From the NCBI GenBank assembly GCA_963663805.2, contig CAXXMR010000015.1:105934-169933 (forward strand): a stretch of 64,000 nt of DNA, read 5' to 3'. The position numbers were made by a program, and so were the translations under genes. Below are positions 22,540 through 32,582 of this stretch, piece by piece. The stretch's first letter is position 1. Every line of letters starts with the position of its first letter. The DNA comes from Sedimentisphaerales bacterium (GTDB taxonomy: Bacteria; Planctomycetota; Phycisphaerae; Sedimentisphaerales; SM23-30). Below the pieces are notes generated by a model. The model made no database searches. It was not told the origin of the DNA and saw only the letters and a program-made list of their open reading frames with translations.

Positions 22540-24474
22540 TTAATATCCATACTTAAACCAGTTATCATAATAATAGTCAGATTTCCGCGTGGATGACGGA
22601 AGCGACAGAGACGGTCGAGTATATTCCCCCTTGGAACATTTCGACACACATTTTATTCCATCATAAACAGATTTAACAATAAATGCTTTCCTTGTTGCAT
22701 CACTTGCCAACGCTGCGGTAGCCTTTACTAAGGCGGCATCCGCTGCTTTCTTGGCAGCCGCTTCGACGAGAAAGTCCCCTAAGCTTCCTATTACAATACA
22801 CTCCGCTGTGCATAATATACAGCCAGCGGTTGCTTTTGCCTGTGCCTTTATTTCTTTTTCAAAATCCTCTTCGATATCATCCCACATAGCATAAGGAATA
22901 CCGAAAACGTCATCACAAAAACCATCCCCCCAATTATAATCATTCCAATTGTAACTCCAAAATCCAGGGGCGTCTAGATAGTTGATCGGATTTTGTACAC
23001 TATATGCATACAAATTCATTCCGTCAGCATAGTTTACAACTGAAGGCGGCATTGCCGAATAAACAAAATCTGTAGCCAGTGACTTGTTTTTAGCGGCCTT
23101 GCGATATGCTTTCTTCATAATATCGGGAAAAATACTTTTGGCTACGAGTAAAGCTGCTAATTTGGCACTTTTCTTATTAAGACCTTCAACCTTTCCTGGA
23201 TTACCTACCCAGTCTCTGGTCAAAAACCTCCCGGTTTCGGTATCGTTTTTGTAGTACATTAATTTGAGGTTGCCATCTGCGAAGGTGTCTTGCCTCTGGC
23301 CGGTGAAGCCAATTTCGCAGAATGCCGTGCCGGTGGTTTGGCCGTAAGCTGAATACTCACGGCTTTCGTGAGTATCGCCGTTCTGGTTCAATATTGCTAC
23401 TGGTGAATAGAGGTGGTCGTGGGCCAGGTAGAACGGGCTGCCGGAATAAATCTGCATACACACTTCGTCGAGGTAGTTGCCGTAGACATATTCTATGTTG
23501 TAGACTCCTCGTTCATGGCGAAGTGGTCGCCAGCCGTCATAATAGTAGTGGTGGGTAGTGCCGGACATATACTCTTCAGTTTTTTCGACCCGGCGACCCA
23601 GGGCGTCGTAGGCGAATTTTGCAATGGCAATAGTAATCTGATTTTCACCTATGGTAAAGGTGGTATCAATGGCGGTCAGGCGATTTTCATAATCGTAGTG
23701 ATAATTGTATGGAGGATTGCCTGGAAAACTACTGGAACGTCTGTGGTCTGAGGCAAGATTACCGGCAGCATCATGTGATACAGCGTTGCCGCCGATGCTG
23801 GTATATTCGTTGGCAATATTAGGTGAATACACAGTGTCAGTTCCATCGTTTTGGGTTAAGCGATTACCCAAGGTGTCGTAAACGAAAGTTTCGTCCGTAA
23901 AAGTACTGGAACTATAATAATCAGACCCAGTCACCCGGTCAAGGGTGTCATAGGCATAAACATTCTCTAAACCTGCTCCACGATGCAGGAACTGTTTGGG
24001 GATGATATTGCTGTCGGCATCGTAGGTGTAGCCAAAGTTGACAATATCGCCGCCAGCATTGGCGGTAACATGTGAGGTAATCCGCAGGCAATCATCATAA
24101 GCAGGCGTAAAAGTTGCACTTACAGCATCATAAACCCTTTGGGCAACCAGACTTCCGGCATAATCATAGTCGATAAGCGTATTGGGGTCGTCGGATATTG
24201 TGTTAATCTTACCCAATGAGGTGTATGTGTATGCCAGCGTCCTGTTGGGTGTGCTGGAGTACGGATATACTACCGAGGTGGCCTGCCCAACCTGATTGCG
24301 ACCATATTCGACGGTGTAGGTTGTACCGCCGTAACCAATGGTTTGTTCAGATTTGGTCAGATATCCTAAGCCATCATAATAAAAATCATCCGCGACAATG
24401 ACATTATTACCGTCAGTCTTATCAGCGGCAATCATCAGGCCACGGGTATCATAGTAGTAAAGTTCCGCCGGCAC
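22540..24474 (-). pseudogene. Longest RHS fragment (5'-truncated) with helical tip
   Basis: Begins mid-YD repeat; has an in-frame 9-nt deletion (YYKN-DTETG, lacks RYY present in the other cores). Confidence 0.8.
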
Positions 24475-24816
24475 AGGTGTGGGATTATTAGGATCACCAA
24501 TAATAGAAATGATACCTCATACGATTCGCCTGCTCCTGCCAGCCGACAACGGAGGACCAAAACCTCCATCACCTGTAAAACATGACAAGCGAAACTCCAT
24601 ATGCCGGGAGCATCACTCATCTTCGTGACACACGTTTTTGCTCAATACGCCATTCGAAAGCATTAAATGTTTCAATTCAACCATTTTCTCGGATCGCCCC
24701 ATTCCATTATAACATCCAACCGAAGTTTTCTTTCCTTCTCACAGCGAATCCGCAGCAGTTGTTCCGCAGGTCCTCCCCGTCGATGGAGATCATCTGAAAT
24801 ACGTTGGGCCTGTTTT

Positions 24817-25176
24817 TTATTCATCATTTTTTTGACCCCACGTCTGCCGATACTGCGGCTTGCGAAGAAGATCGTCGTATCCGCCATTCGGTTGCAATTC
24901 CAGGGCCAGCACCAGATACGGCCCGAACGGCTCGTGTTTGTTTCTGACCGTTTCGTAGTATTTCCGGGCCTCCTGTGGATTGTCGAACTGGGCCAGCACC
25001 GTGCAATCATCCGTTCCGCGTTGAAATTCCACAATGCAGTGTTTCTTTGTGGTTTCACCGCCGGAGGAGCCGGATTCATCTGGGGTGGAATGGTGGTATA
25101 CCGCTAATTCCTCCTGAGTGTTAAATCTACCCAGCGTCTTGCCTTTTCCCTTGTTGAACTTTATAACTCTATACAC
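24817..25176 (-). CDS. Hypothetical protein
   Basis: 119-aa ORF with protein-like composition. Confidence 0.4.
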   Translation of the reverse strand: MYRVIKFNKGKGKTLGRFNTQEELAVYHHSTPDESGSSGGETTKKHCIVEFQRGTDDCTVLAQFDNPQEARKYYETVRNKHEPFGPYLVLALELQPNGGYDDLLRKPQYRQTWGQKNDE

Positions 25177-25370
25177 AGCGATATACCTTTCTGTTTATGT
25201 TGCGGAAAATCCATTTTCTTATCCACCCCTGGTTTTTGCGCCGACGCAGAGTTTTTTTGCTTGTCCCGCCCTTACCGCTCTGTAAAACGCAATCCTCCCC
25301 CATGAAATTTCTTGGTAGAAAACTCCAACTTAGCCTTATTATATCCGATTCATCCCAGCAAAGCAATCTT

Positions 25371-26765
25371 TTAATGTTTCATTATATAATCATTGTGCCG
25401 ATTACCATGCTGGAGTTTGAAGTCTGCATAGGCTTTGTTGTCCAGATGAATATTACTCCGGCAGGAAAGGTTACCCACCAGCGTGACCAGTGGTTTACGT
25501 CTGTGCCAGAAATTTCTGGCCATCCGGTAAAGAATTTTCGGCAGAGAATAGAACGCCCGGTGGCAGAGGTTCATTTCCTGGATGATGCCGTCCAGGGAAA
25601 AATTTTTGTATGAGGCCGCCGGGAAGGTCAGAGTGTAATAGTTCCAGTCTTTGGGATAGGACTGGAGCGTAATTCGGTCCTGCTCTTTCATCTGGTCCCA
25701 CAGGCGGGTTCCAGGCAAAGGCGTCAGAAAGAGCACGTTAAGAAGATCGACGCCGTACCGACTGGACGTCTCAGCAATATTCTTGCCAACCCCCGGCTGA
25801 TCGATGTCCAGACCGATGATAAATGAACCCATGACGAGAATGCGGTGTCGCTGAATTCGCTTTACAGAACTGCAAAAATCACGGTTTTTGAGTATGTTGA
25901 ATTTCTTGCCAATCTCGTGCAGCCCTTCGAGCGTGGGGGATTCAAAACCAATGAAAACGCCGGTGCATCCAGCTTGAGCAGCCAGGCTGAGCAGTTCTTC
26001 ATCATCGGCAAAATTAATGGTGGCCTGAGCAATCCATTGTTTCCCCAGTTTAGCCTCAGCCAACGCGCGGAACAGGTTCTTGGCCCGGGCGATGTGCTCC
26101 GGGCGGGTACCAATGAGATTATCATCGACGACCAGGACACGTTTTTCCGTTATTTGTTTAAACTCGCGCACGACATCCGCGATAGGCCGCTGCCGGTAGC
26201 GTGCTCCGTTGAACGCCGTCACGCTGCAAAACGTGCAGTTGAGCGGGCAGCCACGCGTGGTTTGGATAGCTCCGAAAGCATATCCCGAAGGCAGTAAATC
26301 ATGTCGGGCAGCCGGAACATCATTAATCGCGGCAAACCCACCGTCATATTGGCGTTTCAGGTCGCCGTTGCGGGCGTCCTGCAGAACCTGGGGCCAGATA
26401 CTTTCCGCTTCCCCCGTTACCACCGAGTCCACATTCGCCAACGCTTCATCCAGGCACATCGTGGCGTGGATACCGCCCATGATAACCGGAACGCCGAGTT
26501 GGCGGAAAATGGCCGACACCTCATAGGCGCGGTTCGCCTGCGAGGTAAACGCGGTAATCCCCACCAGGTCAGGCCGCGGCAGGGCTGCGTAATCCGGGCA
26601 GCCACGATTTTCGTCCAGAATCGTAATGTCCCATTCCGCTCCGGTCAGGCTGGCCAGAACCATTAGACTTAGCGGCTTCCAGATTCGAAAGCGGTTCCAG
26701 CGGCTTTCCTTAACGTTGATGAGACTTACAAGCGGGTTGGCGGGGTTGATCAAATAGATTCGCAA
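25371..26765 (-). CDS. B12-binding radical SAM protein
   Basis: PLSL..LA, VIMGGIHAT, VVTGEAE, TTRGCPLNCTFC (CxxxCxxC), VDDNL, GFES, LTPLPGT. Confidence 0.93.
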   Translation of the reverse strand: MRIYLINPANPLVSLINVKESRWNRFRIWKPLSLMVLASLTGAEWDITILDENRGCPDYAALPRPDLVGITAFTSQANRAYEVSAIFRQLGVPVIMGGIHATMCLDEALANVDSVVTGEAESIWPQVLQDARNGDLKRQYDGGFAAINDVPAARHDLLPSGYAFGAIQTTRGCPLNCTFCSVTAFNGARYRQRPIADVVREFKQITEKRVLVVDDNLIGTRPEHIARAKNLFRALAEAKLGKQWIAQATINFADDEELLSLAAQAGCTGVFIGFESPTLEGLHEIGKKFNILKNRDFCSSVKRIQRHRILVMGSFIIGLDIDQPGVGKNIAETSSRYGVDLLNVLFLTPLPGTRLWDQMKEQDRITLQSYPKDWNYYTLTFPAASYKNFSLDGIIQEMNLCHRAFYSLPKILYRMARNFWHRRKPLVTLVGNLSCRSNIHLDNKAYADFKLQHGNRHNDYIMKH

Positions 26766-27108
26766 GGGGGCCGGTGATTGATTAATAAGAAGTTGCCTTT
26801 AGTTTTTTTAGTGTATATTTCATTTTCTGCCGGAGTCCCACAGGAGGCATGACTGTTTACCAAGTATGATGTAATGACAAAATTAGGAAAAATTATTCTA
26901 TCTCACATAAAACCAGAATTCAAGTTGGCCTTGGACTCACTAAGCATACTATTATAGGCTGGCTTAATTGAAATTGCCATAAAGAAAAGAAGGTTATCAT
27001 CAGAAATAGTTGGTAAGAATAACGTATAATGTCATTTAACTCTGTTAGATTTAACGCTTTAAGGCCCCAACATTTATAGGTATAATGCCATAAATGTCGG
27101 GGAGGATA

Positions 27109-27225
27109 GACCCGATACAAGAAATAATGGCACGGCCGCTCACCGCCGCGCTCGACTGGCGTAAACAGCGGCGGTTGTGGCGGGAGTTGGTGGGGGAGCG
27201 GAGTGATTGTGAGGATGTGGCGTGA
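27109..27225 (+). repeat. Partial copy of the 3' end of gene 5027-5449
   Basis: Translates DPIQEIMARPLTAALDWRKQRRLWRE...VA*, versus DPIREIMVRPLTAVLDWRKQRRLWRE...VA* at 5333-5449. Confidence 0.9.
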
Positions 27226-27306
27226 GCACTAAAAGGTTAAATTGGTAACATCAGACGAACTGAGTAAATTCTCAGAAATTGAATTACCATCCGTAATTCT
27301 CAAATT

Positions 27307-28650
27307 TCAATACCCAAGCCAATGCGACAGAAATAACGCTAAGTCAAACATATCAACACGGGGTTCCATAGGACCGGGAGCCGAGTCAACAATATCTGCG
27401 GCCAGGCCTTCTTCAGTACTTAACCATTGCTGACTCATTATAGTAAAATCAGACATATTTACCCGCATGTCATTATTAAAATCTCCTACAAGGGTATTAA
27501 TCAATATCGCGGGGTCACCAAAAAGATGAAATTGCCATGCAGACCTAGTTCTTTCCAGTTCAGTAACAACCGGATAGTATTTGTTGACGGTATCCGGATT
27601 TGTTGTATTATTAAACGCGCGAATTAGTACATCTCCTAATCTGTTCTTAACCTCATTATTGAATAATCCGTTAACCAGGCCTTCCAACAGAGGATTCATC
27701 CCGCGACCGGAAACATTATAAGCCCCGAAAAATGCAACCGCACCATGTTCAGAAGCCACTATCTTTTTAGCAAAGCAATCGTTGATGTTCCCATTTGCTT
27801 CACCGCTGAAAGTGCCGGTTGAACAGGAGAATGAAAATATAAATGGATAGATATCGTTGTCTAACTGAGGCAATCCTCCTACTCCTAAACCAAACGTCCA
27901 TTTATGGATTAGTCCATGCCCATGGTAAATCATATATTTTATGCCGCTGTTTATCATCCCTATATCAGTCCAAACATCGTTAGGAGTTTCATCTAAAGCG
28001 GTCGCCAGGGTAAAATTATAACCTTCATGTTGAAAATACTTATCATTCATCTCCGTTAAAATTTCCTCGTTAAATTCCACGGGCCACGGCCAGACTGGTT
28101 CATTACTACCGGCATGGGCATAATATTCCTTGGGATAAGAGGAAATATGATTTTCAGTATGAATGGTTTTGTTGACTATATTGCTGAGTTCCGTTTCGCT
28201 CTCAACCAGGAACAGGCCCAGAGGAATATCTGGATTTGGATGACCGGTCAGAGACGAAGCCACATAATAATTGTATGATTCAATTGTCTTGGTGGGATAT
28301 TGGATGATATGTACAGGAAAATCCCCATAATCGCCCACCAGCAATACATAGGCAGGCATTAGATTTCTGACATAATTCCTGAATTCATCTGCCGTTGTAC
28401 CGATGACTGAACCGGCAACCACCTGTACCCTGAAATCCTCGTTTCTAAAAGAAACAAATGAGCTTAATGAAGGGCTCGATTGATATTGATCTGCCACGAT
28501 TATCAGATAGACTTCCTTTTCGAAGGCCTTCCCATTCAAATCCTGAGCAAAAAGTATGGCCGCAGTGAATATTGGGATAAGTAAAATATATTTCAACTGG
28601 GATTTCCCAAATACATAGTGATAAAACATGGTTCTACACAAAAAACACAT
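27307..28650 (-). CDS. Peptidase C25 (gingipain-like) with C-terminal dockerin-like motif
   Basis: YVLLVGD, YHGHG, SFSCSTG, HGAVAFFGA, FHLFGDPA; GDFNNDMRVNMSDF..QWL. Confidence 0.85.
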   Translation of the reverse strand: MCFLCRTMFYHYVFGKSQLKYILLIPIFTAAILFAQDLNGKAFEKEVYLIIVADQYQSSPSLSSFVSFRNEDFRVQVVAGSVIGTTADEFRNYVRNLMPAYVLLVGDYGDFPVHIIQYPTKTIESYNYYVASSLTGHPNPDIPLGLFLVESETELSNIVNKTIHTENHISSYPKEYYAHAGSNEPVWPWPVEFNEEILTEMNDKYFQHEGYNFTLATALDETPNDVWTDIGMINSGIKYMIYHGHGLIHKWTFGLGVGGLPQLDNDIYPFIFSFSCSTGTFSGEANGNINDCFAKKIVASEHGAVAFFGAYNVSGRGMNPLLEGLVNGLFNNEVKNRLGDVLIRAFNNTTNPDTVNKYYPVVTELERTRSAWQFHLFGDPAILINTLVGDFNNDMRVNMSDFTIMSQQWLSTEEGLAADIVDSAPGPMEPRVDMFDLALFLSHWLGY

Positions 28651-28889
28651 ATAATCCCCATACAGGGTCTTAATAAACAGTTATGAGGTGCTGACTTTAT
28701 ACAGACCTCCAGCAACTTGCAAATATCTATTCCGAATAACGGCTATTTCATGGTTTTATTGCTCAACCAGATTGCACAGGGATATATTTTGTAAAAGGTC
28801 TTGGCAAAGGTCTCATTTGTTTTGATTCAATACAGTTCCCAACAACAAACTTCTTCTGTAAATCTATAATTGACAATCCCTTAAGTGCA

Positions 28890-28976
28890 TTTACCTCCAC
28901 TCTCGACTGGCGCAAACAGCGGCGGTTGTGGCGGGAGTTGGTGGGGGAACGGGGGGATTGTGAGGATGTGGCGTGA
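28890..28976 (+). repeat. Second partial copy of the 3' end of gene 5027-5449
   Basis: LDWRKQRRLWRELVGERGDCEDVA*; nearly identical to the 27109 copy. Confidence 0.9.
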
Positions 28977-29162
28977 GGTAGTGGGTTGTTCGATACAAAT
29001 CATTGGGGATATACAAAACCGGCGAAGAGAAATACTGCGTTTCTCTATCGCTGGCCTTGTCTGATTTAATTGATCACTATTATGCTCTGCGTTTACGAAG
29101 CGTAGCTAAACCTCCAAGAGTCAATATTACTAAACTCCTGTTTAGAAATTTTCAATGAAATC

Positions 29163-32100
29163 TTATGGTTGGGTCAGGTCGGCCATCCAGAACTCAGCCA
29201 GGACTGCCAGATCAAGCAGGTTCACAATTCCGTCGCCATCCGGAGGAGCAATATCGGCGCTCAAATACCCAGTAGAGCTTAACCACTGTGTGGATAAAAG
29301 ATGTAAATCCAATAAGTCAACAACGCCGTCAACCACCAAATCGTAAGCAGGGTAGTTTTGCAGCAGCAGGGTCTGAACATTGTTCAACGTTGATACCTCA
29401 CTAAGGGTATTGTCACCGTCGAGCAACAGGGTAACCTGATTCCAACCATAGGCAAGTTCGTCTTTTAAGGCCGCAAGAGTTACGGTATGTGTTGCGCCCG
29501 GTTCTAAATCTGCGACTGTCTGGATATCATAAGCAAGACACGGATCGCTGGTGCTAAATAAACCGAGTTCAACGCCTGCTGCTGCCGGAATAAAACCGAC
29601 GTTAATTACATCAGCGGTAATATAAAAATCACCTTGGCTATCGCGAGCGATGATTACATTCTCAATAGCCAAGTCTGCACCGAATAGGCTAACCGAAGCT
29701 GAATTATTCTGACGATTCTTATCTTCAATTTGAAGTTCGGGATCGACAACGACAATAATATTCACTGGATCGTCACTTACCGGAATCGTCCAGGTTACCG
29801 AAACTATCGCGTCCGCTCCGGCAGGCAAATCACCGCTGATACTTTGCGTCTGACCGATCTGGTTTGCCGGTTCAGCGGTATCACCACAATAAAACGCAAC
29901 CGGAATATCACTGATCGCTATATCACCGGCATTAATAATTACTGCCTGCAATGTGACCGTATCGCCTGGAACGGCATTGGCGTCATCAATCGCAATACTG
30001 TCTGCAACAACAGCAAGGTCGACACCAATCATGTATTCATAAACACAAAGGTCCACTTGGCCAAACACATCAAGCCCATCACCTTCAGATACATGCACTT
30101 TATTATATGCCAATTCGAGCTTGTCCCCTGATGAATAGGCCGCGGTTATCGACCGTTCCATGTCTCGGCCGTCGGTCATCTGCACCACTTGTGACCAGGC
30201 TAGCATGGCCGGGTCATAGGTCGCGGTATAAATGTCTGAACCGGCATCTGATGGGTCGTTCCATATTACAGAGATATTGTCGGTTGGACTGGCTGCCGCC
30301 ACAAAACCACGCTGCCCGGAAGAGCCCTCCTGTGGAACAACCTCAGCCATATCGGTCATGCCGGTAATATCCGTGACGCTGACGATCTGACCGTTTTTGG
30401 CCCAAAGAAGCATTAAACCGCCAGAGGTCCTGACCAACTGAGGATTGACATCTACGTCATCGTCATCAGTCAGTTGTACAGGTACAGACCAGTTTCCACC
30501 GGCATTATCCACATAGAACAGCTCATTATCTGCATCGGTTTCCAAATCACTATCGGTATCCAGGCAATATACAATATGATCAGCTATGCTGTCATTTGCG
30601 ACCGTTACATATTTAACAATCCCCGAAACCGTCGCCAGTGTTTGCATCGCCTGCCAGCCGGTACCGGTTTTTGTTCGGGCTAGAACCGCATTGGTCACAG
30701 GCGGGGTTTCCGCCAAAACATCACTGTCAGCATCGTAAGTCCAGATAACGGTAAGGTTGCCACTGCCGTCGCTGGAAATCTTGGGGCTATAATCGCCCCC
30801 CGTACTAGACGCCACGCTTTCCGATGTCCATGTATCCGCGACATCATTATAAACAGCTATCTGAATATCCAGCTTATCCATAAAGTCACTTAATGAAGTG
30901 CCATCAGGTATCAACTGTGAGGCATTCGCCCAAACACATACGAAGTTGCCGTCCGCATCCACCCCGAGCGAGGGAGTCGCATCGGCGGTTCCATCGTCAT
31001 CCACTGCTGCTGGAACTGACCATCCACTGCCGTCATTTATACTATATACCAACATCGTTCGATCAAGACTATTGCGGCTGGGTTCATCGTAAAGCCAGAC
31101 CAGACACATCGCATCATCTGATACCGCCAAAACCGCGTTGGATTGACCAAAAATATTGGTCTGCAAAGCGGTTTCTATTCCACCGGTACCCATCGGCTGA
31201 AGATTCATTAAGTTGAGCATTCCGGCACCGCTTTGCCAGTGAGCATAATCGGTTATAAGATAATCGCGCTCCATCGGCTCAAAATTTTCAACCGCGAAGG
31301 CTTTCATGCCCATTGCCATAGCGTCCTGTTCTTCCGGCCAGCGATATGAAAGAAAATTATTTTCATATTTGTAGAAAAGTAAATATATTCGAATGCCTCC
31401 ATCAAGCGATAAATACCAATCTCTCAAATATGGCTGCTGAGGTACTTGGAAATCAAAGTTCAGACCTCCTCGAAGATACCCTTCCGCGGCGACTAAATCA
31501 GCAACGCCCACGCCGGCCATACCCTCTACACCTGCCCCAATTGGAATATCACCAGAGAAAATTGGATTATTGGCCATCCCATCCGTAAAGCGACAATTCG
31601 CCGAAACGCTTGCATCTACCGCGAATCGGTAATAGGTCGGAACGGGTACCGGCCCGACCATAAATACCACATACGAGGGGGGCGACTGGTGCCGTCCCAT
31701 AACATTTAATGCGAAATTACCCCCAAAACTCCATTGATTGCTTATATAATCAAACGTCAAAAGAACATCCAGGTTATAGTCAAATTTTATTTTGGCTAAT
31801 TTGAAATCGCCTGAAATATCATAACGATTGCCAGGCATGACCTTTGCATGCCCGTTTAAATCTATTTCTGCGGTTACATCTATAATACTTTCCCAATCAA
31901 CTTGAGCTATTTCCATAAGCGCATTGTTTTCTTGTGAGCCAGGAGCATCTTTTGTCAGTAACGGCAAATAAATAGTAAATGGAGAAGATTTATATTTACC
32001 TGACTGAAAAGATAACATTCCAGTGGCCAATCCCGGTGGCGGAGAAACCACATTAAAATTAGCCATATATTTGCTTGAGGTCGTCGCATCTGACGCCACC

Positions 32101-32540
32101 GCCTGAACATAGAGCCTGTCCCCAGCACTAAAAGCAGTTCCCGCGTTGAACGTTCGGCTCACCGAAGTGCCGCTGACTGTATCGGTGGCGATGACAGCAT
32201 TATTCCGATACCATCGTACCTGGCTGGACGTCTTGCCGTTCCAGTCAATTGTAGCAGTAAACGTCTGATTCAATGGAACCCCCGCCAAAAAATAAGCGTT
32301 CTGATTAGAACTGCTGTATTGGCTGGACAACGACACAATCAAAGGCGTATTGTCGGCTTCTCGATTGTCAATTGTAAGCCGATTCGAAATCCCATATCCC
32401 GTGCCAGCTTCTCGATTATCGAGAGTAAACCGATTCGAAATCCTAAACCCCGTCGCCCCCTGCAAGACACCGGCAAAGACCAATATGACAGCCAATCCCA
32501 TTATCAAGGCTGTTGTCCTAAACTTTTCTGCGTTTAACAT
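29163..32540 (-). CDS. Large secreted protein with two CARDB domains and dockerin-like C-terminus
   Basis: Signal peptide; DLAV..PGDTVTLQAVIINAG..VVVDP..IEDKNRQNN; DGVVDLLDL..QWL..DGDGIVNLLDLAVLAEFW. Confidence 0.8.
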   Translation of the reverse strand: MLNAEKFRTTALIMGLAVILVFAGVLQGATGFRISNRFTLDNREAGTGYGISNRLTIDNREADNTPLIVSLSSQYSSSNQNAYFLAGVPLNQTFTATIDWNGKTSSQVRWYRNNAVIATDTVSGTSVSRTFNAGTAFSAGDRLYVQAVASDATTSSKYMANFNVVSPPPGLATGMLSFQSGKYKSSPFTIYLPLLTKDAPGSQENNALMEIAQVDWESIIDVTAEIDLNGHAKVMPGNRYDISGDFKLAKIKFDYNLDVLLTFDYISNQWSFGGNFALNVMGRHQSPPSYVVFMVGPVPVPTYYRFAVDASVSANCRFTDGMANNPIFSGDIPIGAGVEGMAGVGVADLVAAEGYLRGGLNFDFQVPQQPYLRDWYLSLDGGIRIYLLFYKYENNFLSYRWPEEQDAMAMGMKAFAVENFEPMERDYLITDYAHWQSGAGMLNLMNLQPMGTGGIETALQTNIFGQSNAVLAVSDDAMCLVWLYDEPSRNSLDRTMLVYSINDGSGWSVPAAVDDDGTADATPSLGVDADGNFVCVWANASQLIPDGTSLSDFMDKLDIQIAVYNDVADTWTSESVASSTGGDYSPKISSDGSGNLTVIWTYDADSDVLAETPPVTNAVLARTKTGTGWQAMQTLATVSGIVKYVTVANDSIADHIVYCLDTDSDLETDADNELFYVDNAGGNWSVPVQLTDDDDVDVNPQLVRTSGGLMLLWAKNGQIVSVTDITGMTDMAEVVPQEGSSGQRGFVAAASPTDNISVIWNDPSDAGSDIYTATYDPAMLAWSQVVQMTDGRDMERSITAAYSSGDKLELAYNKVHVSEGDGLDVFGQVDLCVYEYMIGVDLAVVADSIAIDDANAVPGDTVTLQAVIINAGDIAISDIPVAFYCGDTAEPANQIGQTQSISGDLPAGADAIVSVTWTIPVSDDPVNIIVVVDPELQIEDKNRQNNSASVSLFGADLAIENVIIARDSQGDFYITADVINVGFIPAAAGVELGLFSTSDPCLAYDIQTVADLEPGATHTVTLAALKDELAYGWNQVTLLLDGDNTLSEVSTLNNVQTLLLQNYPAYDLVVDGVVDLLDLHLLSTQWLSSTGYLSADIAPPDGDGIVNLLDLAVLAEFWMADLTQP

Positions 32541-32582
32541 CTTTGTTCTCCGGTAAAATAAAAATTTTATCGTTGTTATATT

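Noticed and set aside
24480..24640. Riboswitch-like leader upstream of the RHS array
   Set aside because: Only short hairpins; no full match to a family I can recognise; needs an Rfam search
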